A DNA stretch of 64,000 nucleotides, from NCBI GenBank assembly GCA_024704765.1, contig JAKMXF010000321.1, positions 186,001-250,000 on the forward strand, written 5' to 3'. The translations under genes and the position numbers were made by a program. This DNA comes from Oopsacas minuta. Lineage: Eukaryota > Animalia > Porifera. The notes below the pieces were generated by a model. It was not told the DNA's origin and did not search any database. It worked only from the letters and a program-made list of their open reading frames with translations. Positions 1-13,013 of this stretch are shown here, piece after piece; the first letter of the stretch is position 1, and every line of letters begins with the position of its first letter.

Positions 1-123
1 AATCGATTTGACATAGAAACGAATAAATATGTTAGTTATAACAGCATTCCAAAGGAAGAAATGGTATCTAAGGACTTCAACCAATCTGTTAAGCGGGATT
101 ATAAAGTGTCACCTTGTTTGTAA
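1..123 (+). CDS. 3' end of an unidentified CDS entering the window (…NSIPKEEMVSKDFNQSVKRDYKVSPCL*)
   Basis: Frame 1 is open from base 1 to TAA at 121-123, followed by AATAAA at ~139. Too short to identify. Confidence 0.35.
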   Translation, partial: NRFDIETNKYVSYNSIPKEEMVSKDFNQSVKRDYKVSPCL

Positions 124-377
124 ATAATTTTGTTGTTGAATAAATACATTTTTGTTTGTTTGTCATTTATTAAAACTTAAACGTAAATAAATATATCAAT
201 TCACACCTGTAATTCACATTTTGAAATATTAACCAAAGGGTGTGAAAATATGATTAATCATGTGATAAATAAGTGTATATACACTTGAAAATAATTAAAA
301 TTTCTGATGTCAGGTAAACATATGTATATTTTGTAAATATTAATAAACCTCAAAAAATCAAAACAAATGAAATTTTT

Positions 378-1490
378 TTAATTATTGACATTACTAACAA
401 GACTTTCAAGATGTTTTGAAGTGCTATTTTTAATTGTACTTGAGGTGTATGTGAATCCTGGGGTTCTGGTTGTCCTCTTCCGTGCGACACATCGACACTT
501 TGTTACCACCCAACCACGTACAGCTCTTGTCATAAATAAGAACAAAATTGCATTCGCCCATCCTTGCCCTGGGTCTCCAATCGCTTGTAAATATATCAAA
601 AAAGTGAAATATTCGCAATATTCCGGCAAAGATTTGATAGGTGAGGGAGATTGGAATTGTATCACCCATCGAAAATACCCCCAAAATCTCAGAAATAAAT
701 AAGCAATTGGAATTAAAATTAGTTTCAGATCCTGTTCTGTTGATTTCCACATTTTGGATTTAATTCTGTGATAAATGAGATAAAACAGAGCTATCAGATT
801 TAGAATTGAAATTGAAACTAAAGCGATCATATCCCATATTTTACCAGTCATCAGTTCACTGAAATTGTGGATCAAGCCCTCATTTTCATGGTTTTTATGA
901 TATCCGACAAAGCACCATCCTGCACTAACAGTGTCAAATCCAGGCCCAAGCCGGTTCAGTATAAGCGCCAGAACTGAAACTATAAAAGGGAATATAGTTC
1001 CAATAGCAACTAAAGTACGAAAAACGCATTTCTTCCCTAAAGTTTGCTTTTGAATTGTAATAAGCAGAACAACGTGGATTGCAAGGATTGTGGTCCAGAA
1101 GTATGACACTAACGAGAAGAATACATTGAACGCTGATTGTGCGACACAATAATATTTTTGAATGTCAGATTTATTTTCGTAACATATTGAATAACCAGGA
1201 TCAGCCAATGACCATATATGGGCTGTCATAAAGAAAAATGCATTGAAGAAATCTGCCACTGAAATGAAGAGTAGGAAATAGCGCGCAATCGTCCTTAAAT
1301 CCTTCATAATGTAGAAACTTAAGACAATCAAAAGGGCGCCAAACATGGAGGCCAAATCCGAAACAAGTCCAATTGCAAAAATAGGCCTTTGTAGACATGA
1401 CCCATTCTGGAAATTGTCGATTGAAGAACTATTTTGGCAAATTATGTTGTCGAAAATCCAAAAATGTTCTATCCAGTTGTCTTTCAGCAT
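378..1490 (-). CDS. GPR157: GPR157-like / cAMP-receptor-like 7TM GPCR, intronless
   Basis: Seven hydrophobic segments; motifs LLFISVAD, CVAQSAF…FWT, GWC, LMTGKIWD, LIPIAYLFLRFW and QAIGDPGQGWANAILF match GPR157/Dicty_CAR-type receptors. Confidence 0.8.
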   Translation of the reverse strand: MLKDNWIEHFWIFDNIICQNSSSIDNFQNGSCLQRPIFAIGLVSDLASMFGALLIVLSFYIMKDLRTIARYFLLFISVADFFNAFFFMTAHIWSLADPGYSICYENKSDIQKYYCVAQSAFNVFFSLVSYFWTTILAIHVVLLITIQKQTLGKKCVFRTLVAIGTIFPFIVSVLALILNRLGPGFDTVSAGWCFVGYHKNHENEGLIHNFSELMTGKIWDMIALVSISILNLIALFYLIYHRIKSKMWKSTEQDLKLILIPIAYLFLRFWGYFRWVIQFQSPSPIKSLPEYCEYFTFLIYLQAIGDPGQGWANAILFLFMTRAVRGWVVTKCRCVARKRTTRTPGFTYTSSTIKNSTSKHLESLVSNVNN

Positions 1491-1844
1491 AATTCCCTAG
1501 TTACCGATAATATACTTAGTTATGCTATATATCATATTCACCTATTTTATTGTAATTGATCATCTGTAATTCTGTATGCAGGCTGATGTAGTAGGCTTTG
1601 TATGAAGTAAACTGGAACTAATTAATCCATAGTTGCTATAATCTAATTTAGTGTCACTTCTTTCGATAGTGGCATATCAAAAACTCCTTTGTGGATAGTT
1701 ACATTATCATAACACCTCTGATGTTGGGCAGTTTCGGCCTCATGCCCCCAAGCACGCCTCTCTTGGACTTGAGGGTCTTTGGGGATGTTTTAGTTTCATA
1801 AATAGAACTTTTTACTGTGCGGGCTAATACTATTACATTACTAT

Positions 1845-2440
1845 AGTGGCTGAGTTATAAAATGGTGGACTTAGTATGTATATATGTTTTCGCTCTGCTG
1901 TTCACACCTTTAGAGATTAAGACACCAAATGGCATATATACTCGTAGTGACATCTAGATGTGCATCTGACATTTGGAAAATTTCTAATGTGTATATTTTC
2001 ACACCTTTTGACACTTCTGTATTTTAGCCCAATCAGATTGTAGGGTCTTACAATTAGCCATTAATGCATAAAATTAGTTCTGGTGGAGTGTTAGTAATGT
2101 AATTAGCATTGTAATGTATTTGTATTGATGTAGACTGTAATTCTATTGGTCAATACATTATATTAAATATATATACACTGATTTATCATATGATTAATCA
2201 TATTTTGTTGTTGACACCTTTTAGTTAACATTTCAAAATTATCCTAGAGATTAGCTTCCACTTGTTAAATAGGAGTAAACAGGGACGTAGAATTCCATTT
2301 CAACATTTTAACATGTCTAACAAGATTAGTAAAATTCAATTTTATCTTTCTTTACTATAATTTAGTAAAGTGATATAATTTCAATAATCCATTAGAATTA
2401 ATTTAGTAAAATTCAAGTCGGCACAGACGGAAAATTTAGA
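1845..2440 (+). mobile_element. ~600-bp dispersed non-autonomous repeat, copy A
   Basis: Near-identical to 59385-59843 (same strand) and 53809-54274 (reverse); partial copies at 36905-37130 and 62388-62670. Confidence 0.85.
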
Positions 2441-2505
2441 TTTTATAAATAGAGATGAAATACTACTTGTCACCTTATTGAATAATTTTTTGACTAGCAG
2501 CTGAT

Positions 2506-5500
2506 ATGGCGACACTTTATACACCACCTGACTTCAGTATAGGAGATCAGGTCTCTGTCAACTTAGAGTTGGATGTATTTCAAGCCTTGCAAGGCGGACA
2601 TAGTAGATGGAAACCGGAAATGGCCAAGTGTATGGGCAGAGTTGGAAATGTGTTAGGAATGGGTCCTGGATATGTAGAGGTGAGTTTGTTATAAAAATAG
2701 TTTATAGAGGACATATTGTGGCATGAAGTGCTATATTTTACACATTTCTCTTGATAACTGAATTCTTGGAATGTGTTGGAAATTTTGTGTCCACTTTTGG
2801 CAGTGCATGGCACTCAAAAACTGGACAAGTGACTGTATTTATATTTCTGAGAATATTTCTATGTTTTGTGGCTTAAGTGGTTTAATGTGTCACACTTCTA
2901 GGTACAATTCTCAAGTGAAAAATGGCAACTACATCCAGCTGCTTTGTCAAAAATGGAAAGTTTTCAACCCGGGAATCCAGTAAGGGTCTTAGACGACGAA
3001 CAGTCTCTAAGAGATCTTCAAAAGGACCATGGAGGTTGGGTCACGGCCATGGCCAAGTCCCTTGGGCAGGAAGGGATCGTTCGTAAAGTGTACCCTGATA
3101 AAGATGTCCGCGTCGAAGTGGGCGGAGCCACATGGACCTTCAATCCTTTGTGTCTCAAACCTAAATTCCCGAATCATGTCAAAGCCCAATCATCCAAGGA
3201 CATAAGCAGTTCCTTGTCCAACGCTTTTTTCAACGCATGCGGGAAAGGAGACCTCACCGCAATGGAAAATTTATTGAAAGTTGGAGGGAAAATGGATGAA
3301 GTGGCGGTTAGTTTATTGGAACTGAAACTAAGTATTATATAGTCAAAGCGGTCACCATTTTTGGTCCATAACTATGTCACTAACACCTGTCTAGACTGCC
3401 ACATTTTATAGCTGCCATCACAGAGTCCACTTTTCGCAAGTTTTGACAGTATATTCACAAAACTAACTATTATCTTTATATTTATAATATGGAACTAACA
3501 CTTATTTGGTTCCAATAGAAGGGTGGCAGAACAGCACTTCACATAGCCTGTATAGAATCAAAAGCAGATGTCGTGGAATTCCTACTCGCCAGGGGTTTGG
3601 ATTCTAATAAAGTGGACAGTGAGGGTAAAACACCTTTACACTTATGTGTCGAAGGTAATGCAGGTGGTCAAGTGGCACAATGTGTCGCAGCACTTTTGAA
3701 ATCAGGCTGTAACCCAAACGCGTTGGATAAAGAGGGACGGACAGCTCTCTGGATGGCTTCAGAACGTGGCGTTGAAGAGGTGTGAAATCTTGAAATATTA
3801 TATATCCATAAGTGTTAAAATTGTGTCGTTATAGGTGATAAGGGCTTTAATGAATTCAGGACGTGGATTACCAGATTTGAATGTCCAAGACCTGACAGGT
3901 GACACACCTCTCCACCTTGCAGCAAAGTCAGGACACCATGGCATAGTGGACCTGTTACTGTTAAATGGCGCAAACCCACAACTCACAAATGTCAGAGGTT
4001 ATAATTGTATGCATTTAGCAACTTTAGGTGATCATGAAAAAGTTATTAAAGTAGTGGCACAGCGGGAGAAGGAACTTCTGAATCTCAGGGACTCATCTGG
4101 TTTGGCGCCTATTCATTTGGCGCTCTTTGGTAACAGAACTAACAGTTTAAACGTGAGTATTGACCAATCAGTTTATTGCTTTTATTCATTAATCCATAGT
4201 TTATAAATTACAGCAGAGATTAGCGCCTAAAATTTAATGTTCCCCGCTCAAAATATCTAATTGGCGCCTAAATACACCAATCAGTTTATTGCTCTTAGAC
4301 ATTAATCAATAGTTTGTTACACTAAATTATAACAGATATTAGCGCTTAATATTCATAATTCCCCGCTCAAATATCTAATTATGGCGCGTAAAGTACAGTG
4401 GAATCTGTAGGTGACGGCCGCCTGGAGGTACCAACCGGAAATATTTCACACCTAATTATTCTATTTTTAGACACTATTGGAATACAAAGAATTGGACAAG
4501 GACATTTTATTTCTGGACGGTGAGACCCCATTAATCATTGCGTGTAAAGAGGCACAGTACCACTTCGTAGAGCCACTTGTAGAAAAGGGCGCCAGTATTT
4601 CAGTGGTGGATCAACATGGCAATATGCCACTTCATTGGGTTTGTGCGCCAGCTAAACCATTCCTGTACCAACAAGAAATAGAAAATACTTCTGAGATAAA
4701 ACTTATCTGTGATTCTATGAAGAAAACTAAATATAGAGGTAAGTCAATAAATTGTGCCGCATGCCACTTTGTGACACAATTTGGTCAAATACCGCGCCAT
4801 TTATCTATGATAACTATTTCATCCAATGAAATCTCTTTCTACAAATAGATATGATACATCTAGCAGCTGCAGCTTATTTGATAAAACACGAGGCGCCATA
4901 TGACATCACAAACCACTCAGACAAAACCGCGCTCGATTTATTATCACCAGACTCCAGAGAGTTCCTTGAGCCATATACTTTTGACATTCGACAACTTCCT
5001 GATTGTATCCTTTGTGAACAGGCGAAGGCTATATACAAGAATGAGCCATGTGGCCATGTGACATACTGTAAAGTTCATGCAACGGTTAGTTACACAATTA
5101 CACCACTTAACACGTCACTATTTCAGGCCTCCCTTTATTAATTTGACACTATACGACCCCCTGTGTACGGATTGTAATCCTAGCAACCAATTGAATGTAA
5201 GGTATTTCACTTCTATATAGCAACCATATTGTTGATTAGCATATGTTATTAGGCGCCAATTTGGCATAATAGTTATGTAATAGTGAATCCTAGCAACGAC
5301 TATACTAGAAAGGTATTCACAAATTTGTAATTTATATCCTCAGAATATTATCTTATTTGTCTGTCTGTCTGTCTGTTTGTTTGTTTATTTGTTTGTTTGT
5401 TTCTTTATTTGTGTTTTCTTTATTTGTTTGTTAGTTTGTTGGTTGTTTGTTTGTTTATTTGTTTACCTATTCCTCCTATAGCCGGGTATCAAATGTGTCG

Positions 5501-5775
5501 AGTGTCGCCAGAAGATAACAGCTTATGTATCCCTCCTTCCCATAATTGGTCCAGAAGAACCCATGGAACCGGAACAAACAGAACAACAGCCCGCCTCCCT
5601 ACCTGACAACAAGAAGGAATGTAGTATATGCTATGAGAACTGTAGTGATGACAGGAAAATGGTGGCATTTGATCCATGTGGGCACACTTCTTGTAAGCCA
5701 TGTTCTGAGAGATTGGAAGACTGCCACGTGTGTCGCCACTTAATAACCAGAAAAATTGTTTTGCATATTATTTGA
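2506..5775 (+). CDS. MIB-like: Mind bomb-like E3 ligase (2 MIB REP/SH3-like repeats, ankyrin repeats, 2 RING-type fingers), ~651 aa; exons 2506-2679, 2902-3306, 3519-3779, 3835-4152, 4471-4738, 4849-5084, 5482-5775
   Basis: All six introns are GT-AG and phases are consistent (1956 nt). REP motifs LQGGHSRW…MGRVGNV and LQKDHGGW…LGQEGIVRKVYPDKDVRVEVGGATWTFNPLCL; ankyrin TPLH repeats; C-terminal CSIC…PCGH…C..C…CHVCR. Confidence 0.85.
4164..4392. repeat. Diverged ~110-bp tandem duplication in intron 4 of the MIB-like gene
   Basis: Two units, each ACCAATCAGTTTATTGC…TTAGCGC…TCCCCGCTCAAA…GGCGC. Confidence 0.65.
5358..5465. repeat. (TTTG)n/(TCTG)n microsatellite in the last MIB-like intron
   Basis: Visible tetranucleotide runs. 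Confidence 0.7.
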
Positions 5776-8110
5776 CTAAAGGATTGTTTGTGTATGTGAA
5801 CTGGAATTTTTAGAAGCTATGAGTAATTATAATTATAATTGGTTCCAGTTTATAGTTCCATATTGAGACGTGTAATATATACTTTAATTAATTAATTAGT
5901 TAGAGGTGCTATTTGTGTCCCAAAGCGACAATATGAATAACCAATGAGATTTAGAGAATTTTATTTGTTAAGGATTCAACCAATCAATTTCTTTGTTCTG
6001 TTCTTAGAAATATTTATAGTTCCAGTTAGAACGCGTATATTATTTCACACCTGACTATTGACCAATAGAATTATAGCTATTGTATGGCATGACTTGTGTA
6101 AATTGATTTTCTCACTCAAAGGTTTTAACAGCTCATGATTTTAATAATTATTAGTTCCAGTTTATAACACCTTGTCGATGAGACACGATAAATGAATAAC
6201 TCGTATAAATTAATTCAATTAGCAATCCAGGATATACATTATCAGACCCAAATTAGTTTTACTGCGGGAACCCGCCTAAATATGTAATAAATTCGTGCAA
6301 AGTGATGATGACGTATTAAAATATTTCATTACCTTTGGGTGTATTGAGGGTTATTGTGGAGTTTCTAAAGTGAACCTTAAAATCAATTCCCGCCTAAAAT
6401 CAGAAATTTACCCGCCCAAAAACACAAATTTACGCGCCTAAATCAGAAATTTACTCGTTTTTCTTGCCTAAAACTAAAGCCTGAATCTTCAAATATTTAA
6501 TTCGTCAAAATTCTCACTTTTTTAAGATGAAAATACTTTTAGCAATGATTCTACCAAATATTCTGTAATCACTGTTAATTGAGAACCATCACATTTACCC
6601 GCCTAATCTGTCACTTAGTCATGCCATCTAACTAAAAACTTAAAATCATCCAAAATAGTTTTGTTATTGTAACTACAATTCATGTTAGCCCCGATCATAT
6701 TCTTAGAAACTTACCAACAGAAGCCAATTGGTGTGTCCTATGAACCCAACCATTACTTTACAATAATAGCTATAATCTAATTAAGCAGAGGACTAATATT
6801 AATTGGCTATTATTAGAGACAATGTGTGAAATTGTGTCGGCTCTCATGAACTCTTTATAGTTCCAGTTCTGGGTTATTAATTAATACTTCGGAGTACTGA
6901 TGTATTCGTCTCTTGATATACTTATTAACTCAAATAATTAGGACACATACAATTGTGGCATGCTATGGTTGCGTGTGGATATTGAGATTCAGTTACATGA
7001 CACTTGTTTCTGGAATTTATCTGATAGATATTCGGCACCAACTGTATAATAGAAGGTGTTAAAATTGTGACATTTTGCAATATTTGTGGATATTTCTGGT
7101 GGAATTGGAAAATATTGAAAATCTTGAGGATTTGTAAAATGAGTCGACACTTAAGTCAATTCTTCTTAAAGTTTCCCGCTCAGGTGGCTTAAATCATTAA
7201 TGACATAATTGAGCAAGGAAGGCTCTAAAACTACCTAACACCTCTATAGTGGCACATAATTAATCTGACAAATGGAGGCCAAAATATGTAAATTTATCAA
7301 AATTCTTATTTCATTAAATATGAATAATTAATTTGAAATTCTAAGAAGAATCCACTTCACACATTTCTTAAATTCTATCAGCTCCAATAGCCAATCAAAA
7401 TTCGTACTCTATTGTTAACCAACTATAAACCTTACAAGATGTCAGAAGCCAATATGGAACTAAGAATCCTTTGGTTCTGGTTTGCATATGGATCAACCAA
7501 TCAGTGTCTGAGATTTTTAGATAATATGTTAATGATCCTTGTTATTGTTTACTTTCTAAAGTGGCAGCCAAATAAATAAATTTGTTGACATAATAAAAAT
7601 AAATTTTATGAAAAATATGGTTAATCCGTTTGGTGCCATGTGGCAGAGAAATAGAATCCATTTAATGGATTATACAAAGTATTTGGTAAATTTGTGGCAC
7701 TAATGCCACTTGGACGATTTATTAAAAGTGAAGTCATATTTTGTTATATCATATTGTTAACATATAAGGCAATCAAAAGTTATGCTATTAAGTGACTATA
7801 ATAGGAACTATCTACCTAATTAGTTCCTTATTAAGTCAAAAAATAATTTGGATAAATTAGTATTTTAGGCGCCATTTAATTGTTCCTCAAATCTCCCGCC
7901 AATGGCGGCCATTCTTCTAAATCTCCCACCAAATGGCGCGTAAATAAGTTCCAATTTGAATAGCATTGTATTTAATGTGATGTGTAGATACATAAGTGAT
8001 AAATGGAATTCATTTAGTAATTAGGCTTATACGATAAAACGCTAAAATATTAAAATGACATAATCGCATTTGTTACTAAAAATAACTCCAAATCTGATAA
8101 AAGCTAGCTG

Positions 8111-11100
8111 TTAAGTAGGAGGAAAGAAGGAATGATCTTTCGTTAATTTGGCGCGTCTCCTCTCTGGGCTCACGGATCCCAAATAGTTGCTTGAGGGGGC
8201 ACTCAGTCCAGGTGTTATTGGCGGCGACACATCCCTAAACACACCATGAATGGCACGCTCATAATAGTGGGTTAAATTCTCCATACGTAACATACGTGAC
8301 ACTACAATCGGTCGTTTTTGGACATCGTCCCAGATATCCTTGTTCTCCGGATTGGGAGTCGAGCAACCGATTAGCGTTGGGCCAAATACTCGCCCCAGGC
8401 TTGCGTCTGACATGTGGTTACGATGTGACTGCTCTGCCACGTGGCGTAAATGTGTGATAATATATGATAGTGTCATCTGATTGGCTTTGGGTAACCTCGC
8501 GAAAAGATCACTCAACGCATCTTGTGCCTACAAATCAAACTAGAACTAATTTAGTTAGTTCCAATTACACATTTTGTAATTACCTGGTCTTCAGACATGT
8601 CTGCCACTTTTACAAAACTGGGCTGTAGATCGTGTGTCACAAGTGGTTCATCAAGGTTTAACAAAAATTTTTTCAGAGCTGAACAGATCACATTTATATC
8701 TTCAATGCCATCTAGCCGGGGAAGGTGTCCTAATCTGAATTGTTCCAATAATTCATTGACCTCTCTGGTGGAACCATTCACACGGTATATCCCGCCTTGA
8801 TCCAGCCCACGGCCCTCAACCTAATATGGAACTAATTAAGCATAGTTCCAATAACAATTCAATTAAAATAGAAAGATGTGTTTGTCAGAAGTGTTAAGAT
8901 GCTTAAATATACATTTGGCTAATTGTCCCTCTTGGATTTTAGGCATATATATATGCCATTTCCCGCCCAAACATGCAAATTTTAATATCGAATAAACCAG
9001 TGCTCTTGAATACAAGCAGATACAATTGGAGGAATTTTGAGTTTACTTCTTGTGCAATACGATTCTAAAATGTTGTCACCTAGAGATGTACCACCAGGGC
9101 TCTTAGTTGAGAATCCTTTGCAAGGTGCGGACACTTTTCCTTGACACTCTTTATGTGATAACATGGCACAATCGCGACACTTTAGCGCCTTATTCCCGAA
9201 ATTAATTTTTTTCTGACATCCGTCGCATTTTTCCACTTTGATCACAGTTTTAGTTACCCAAGTATGTGGTCTTTTGGGAGACATCTTTTTCGGTGTTTTG
9301 GGTGTTCGCACGGGGTAAGCTATTAAAAAATGGAAGAATTATATATGTAGATTGAAAGGCTGGATTTGCACCGTATGGGCCTTGTTAACCAGTGGCGGTG
9401 CTATGGTGTGACAACGGGGCATTTGTCATTTTTGGCCCCGGCCAGTTTATGCCAAATCCTGCCACAATTTAACCCCAGCCCGATGGAAGGAATATTTTGG
9501 AAAGGTGTGAAAATATGATTAATCATATAAATCAAACACAGAAAATTGCAGAGTATACACATCGAAAAATCATATTTCAGACATTTCATAAATACCCATA
9601 AAACTTACGGAATATTTTAGGGTTAGCATTGAAAATAGGATGTTCATCGGAACTAGAGGCAGTAAACCCGGCTGAATTAGTTTCAGAACTAGATTCAGTT
9701 CCAGAACTAACGTAAAATTGTTCTAGAAAGTTCCCTTGAGGTACGCGAGATCTCAAATGTTGAATACTCGGTTTCCTTCTGCCTTTCATTGCAGGTGGGC
9801 GGGAAAACTCAGCGAGCTTTTTAATTGGTTGTTGAATAGGCGGGAGATTAGGCCTATTTCTGATGTTATTGTATTCTAAAAATTCGACCAAAGCTTCTTC
9901 AGATTTTGTACGTTTTGACAAACTCCTGTGCATATTATCGGACAGTCTCTTTGAGCTGAAAGACATACGATGAGATGGTTTTCGGTATCTCATTTTACTT
10001 CTTAATATTGTCATATCTAAGTCAGAATCCGCCACCTGGAAAATATACAGTGAAACTTCCAAAACTGAACACCTCTCGTATGTGAACATTTGGCTGTCCC
10101 CAGGGTGTTTGCTGGCAATTACAGTCAACTCCCGTATATCGAAGTCTTAAATTGTATAAATATGGTCCCAAAAAGGCGCCAAAATGTTCTAACTATTTCC
10201 CGCTTAAACACAATAATTACCTCTAAACTTCCATCTGTCAAAGAGACACTAAGAGACAAACTTTCTGTTCCAGAAGTAGAGTCCTCAGTAGAAGAAATGT
10301 TGTCCCTAAAATTCTTATCATTCAGGAAAGGATCGAACCTCTTATCTCGTAATAGTAGCCCCGAGTACTTGACATCAGAACATAGGATATCTCGCATTCT
10401 GTAAAACTAGAAACAAACAAATATAATTACAGTAGACCCCCACTTACAGTGTGACTCTATTAAGCAGAGTCTACTGTATATTCATGTATGTCAGTGGTTC
10501 CTAACCTGGGGTCCATGGGTCCCTTGGAGGTCCACGGACGATAGCAGGGATCCATAGAATGTGTTATAATTTGTATAGGGTGCCCACGGGTGAACAAGGT
10601 TGAGAAGCGTTGGTGGAAATTTTAATTATAGTATATGCATATTTTCGCGTTTTCCATAGCAACCAAACTGTATCAGTTAATTTTATTATCTGGTAAAGCG
10701 GGAAACTTTTAGAAAGAGCGGGAGAAATTTTTGGCGCCTAAAATATTTCAGCCCGCACTCACGAGCCTAGACAATTTTTCTATCATACAGTGATAATATC
10801 AATATCGGCCCCCAAAATTGAATAGTTGCTCACTTCAAGGATATGAAAATATCGACATACTGTAATTCAAATTCCAATTCACCATGTTAGTAACTAGGTA
10901 ACTTACCCTTCCAACTTCCTCCTGCATTTGTTTCATTTTCATCTCAGCCTGCTCTCTCAGCCAAAACTGTTCGTCCAATCTCGCCCTCACATGTTTCAAA
11001 GTTATTTCTAATTTCTCACTTTTTGTTTTTTCTTGACTCAAAACTTTTTTCAATTTTCCAACTTCTCTCTCTTTTGATTCGTTAACTTGACTCAACATTG

Positions 11101-11203
11101 AGTGGTCAGATAGGTACCGAAGGAAGTCATTTTCGGCGCCAATACAAAGTGGCTCAAATGCGTCACAGATGTCATCAAACGCGTGTACAAGTCCAGTGGT
11201 CAT
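8111..11203 (-). CDS. RACGAP1: Rac GTPase-activating protein 1 (MgcRacGAP/CYK-4); exons 11203-10907, 10406-10221, 10035-9609, 9319-9003, 8820-8584, 8527-8111
   Basis: N-terminal coiled coil, C1 domain (HTWVTKTVIKVEKCDGC…CRDC…H..C) and RhoGAP (GIYRVNG, ALKKFL, N.MS..SLGRVFGPTLIG). Four introns are GT-AG; the fourth donor is non-canonical (see findings). Confidence 0.9.
10047..10165. mobile_element. Two pogo/Tigger-like MITE fragments in RACGAP1 intron 2
   Basis: TACAGTGAAACTTCC… resembles 49023-49160 and 60120-60232; TACAGTCAACTCCCGTATATCGAAGTCTTAAA matches the end of the 28337-28437 MITE. Confidence 0.6.
10430..10476. mobile_element. 47-bp pogo/Tigger-type micro-MITE
   Basis: TA-CAGTAGAC…GTCTACTG-TA; related ends at 21084-21111, 25528 and 35420. 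Confidence 0.7.
10492..10612. mobile_element. hAT/Charlie-like MITE family member
   Basis: Termini CAGTGGTTCCTAACCT…AGGTTGAGAAGCGTTG. Related segments at ~18030-18145, 21525-21620, 24800-24900, 35805-35900 and 57750-57910. Confidence 0.6.
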
Positions 11204-11765
11204 CTCAGTAACTAAGCTGTTTGATTGGTTAATAGAAAAGTGCGGGAATTTATAGGATTGTAAGCTATAAGACAGCTGTTCAATGCAAATATTGAATTAA
11301 CCAGGGATAACTCAAAAACTGGTTCTATTTTCAACTATGAATATGGAACTAACTTTAATACCAGCGTAACGTAATTGAACCAGGGATAACTTATAAGATT
11401 AATATATTAGCAGTGACATATTTTATGAGAATTATTCATATGATTAAAAAGTGTCAATATACTATCCATGGTTCGAATTGAGTCATGATGGTATAGTAAT
11501 ACACATTTAGAAGACAATTTCTGTTAGAAGACAATTTCTGTAGAATATAATCCATAGTCAATCACGACATATTTGTACCAACTGTCTAGAAGCGGGACGT
11601 GACACTTTTGGGGATATTTTGTGACAACATTTCCCGCCAAAAAGTGTCAAAATGTTGATAAAATGAGTTAATGTGTATTGTATGATAGTAGAGTAAATTG
11701 TAAAGAATGATTTTGGTTGTTAGGGAAGTGTATTTTCTAATCGAACAAGTTACAAATATGAAATA

Positions 11766-13013
11766 TTACAAATGAATACATGAAGATATTCTGAGTTGAA
11801 ATTCGGTTTCTAAGTTAGACACAACAACTAAATTTAACTCATTTGTTAGAGCTAATGCTAAAGAGCTGTAGAACCCTGTTCCATCATTCTTTTCTACTTG
11901 TATAGTTCGTATATGATTTCCTTCTTTTGAGAATATCTTGATAGCTTTACTACTCCAATCACTGATAAGAATACTCCCTGCTGGGTCCAGACAGAAGAAA
12001 TGAGGGTCAGTAATTCCCATCAGGCTACCCCTTGATATAAGAGAGCGGAGTCTCTCTCCTGTGTGAGAGAAGACATGGATACAGGGATTGTCTTTACAGA
12101 GCACGTATACCTCATCAGATGTTAGCTTGATGTCAAGAGGTCCCCTGATTTCCTGTTCAGTGAGGTTACGCATATAGACCAGAGAACTGTTGAGGATTTG
12201 TATTCTATTATTACCACCATCTGTCACGTATACATATCCGGTAGAAGATACAGAGAGGCTATAAGGGAAGTTAAACTCTCCAATCTGATTTCCCTCATTC
12301 CCTACCTTATTGATTAGAGAGTAATCATTCCCCACTTTGAAGCAGAGCACTGCATGTACTCTTGTATCTGTGATATACACATATTCCCCGTGAATAGCAA
12401 TACCGTATGGACACTCCATGTCCTGGTGAGTAAAGCTATCTAGATAGTCTCCTTGCTCAGAAAAGATGGAGATACGTGCATGTAATGGGAATAATCCACC
12501 CACTGTAACAAATATATTATTGGTAATAGGATCAACAGTGGCAGCATTAGGACCATACAAATCACCACGAGCTTTCCCTTCCTTCCCAACAGCTACTACC
12601 TGTCTTATGTTATCATACTTGGATACAACCTCCTCCTCTATGACCTCTCCCAGTCCTGCAATAAGTTCCTCTAGGGGTTCGGATTGTGCTCTGAATACAA
12701 TATGGGTCTCAGGTTGGGGGGTATTTAACTCTGTTAGTTCTTGCTCTATTTCAACAAGCACTCTCTCTTGTAGCTCTCGGAGCTCGTTCAATTGGAGACG
12801 ACGCTCCGTGTCGGCCTTCAAACCGACCAGTTGTTCAAACTTGTTAATGCGGGTTAATGGTCTAGCTGCCTTATCGTCACGCAGGTCATGATACGCGGTA
12901 ATGAGGGCTAATCGTCTCTGATTGAGGCGAAGAATCAGACCATCGAATAGCTGGTTGATTCGTGTCTCGATATCGTCTACGGGGGCTATTCCTGGGGTGT
13001 TATAGTTTGCCAT
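11766..13013 (-). CDS. Coiled-coil plus NHL-repeat beta-propeller protein (TRIM71/NHL-like, no RING or B-box), intronless
   Basis: NHL motifs PYGIAIHGEYVYITD, GEFNFPYSLSVSSTGYVYVTDGGNNRIQIL and PHFFCLDPAGSILISDWSSKAIKIFSKEG. Confidence 0.85.
   Translation of the reverse strand: MANYNTPGIAPVDDIETRINQLFDGLILRLNQRRLALITAYHDLRDDKAARPLTRINKFEQLVGLKADTERRLQLNELRELQERVLVEIEQELTELNTPQPETHIVFRAQSEPLEELIAGLGEVIEEEVVSKYDNIRQVVAVGKEGKARGDLYGPNAATVDPITNNIFVTVGGLFPLHARISIFSEQGDYLDSFTHQDMECPYGIAIHGEYVYITDTRVHAVLCFKVGNDYSLINKVGNEGNQIGEFNFPYSLSVSSTGYVYVTDGGNNRIQILNSSLVYMRNLTEQEIRGPLDIKLTSDEVYVLCKDNPCIHVFSHTGERLRSLISRGSLMGITDPHFFCLDPAGSILISDWSSKAIKIFSKEGNHIRTIQVEKNDGTGFYSSLALALTNELNLVVVSNLETEFQLRISSCIHL

Noticed and set aside
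5776-8110. Long ORF-free intervals (also 15570-18320 and 61240-64000) as possible ncRNA loci
   Set aside because: Only degenerate motifs and repeats; no recognisable structured RNA.
9355-11480. tRNA T-loop-like strings (GGTGCAAATCC at ~9360 on the minus strand; GGTTCGAATT at 11470)
   Set aside because: No cloverleaf or A-box context.
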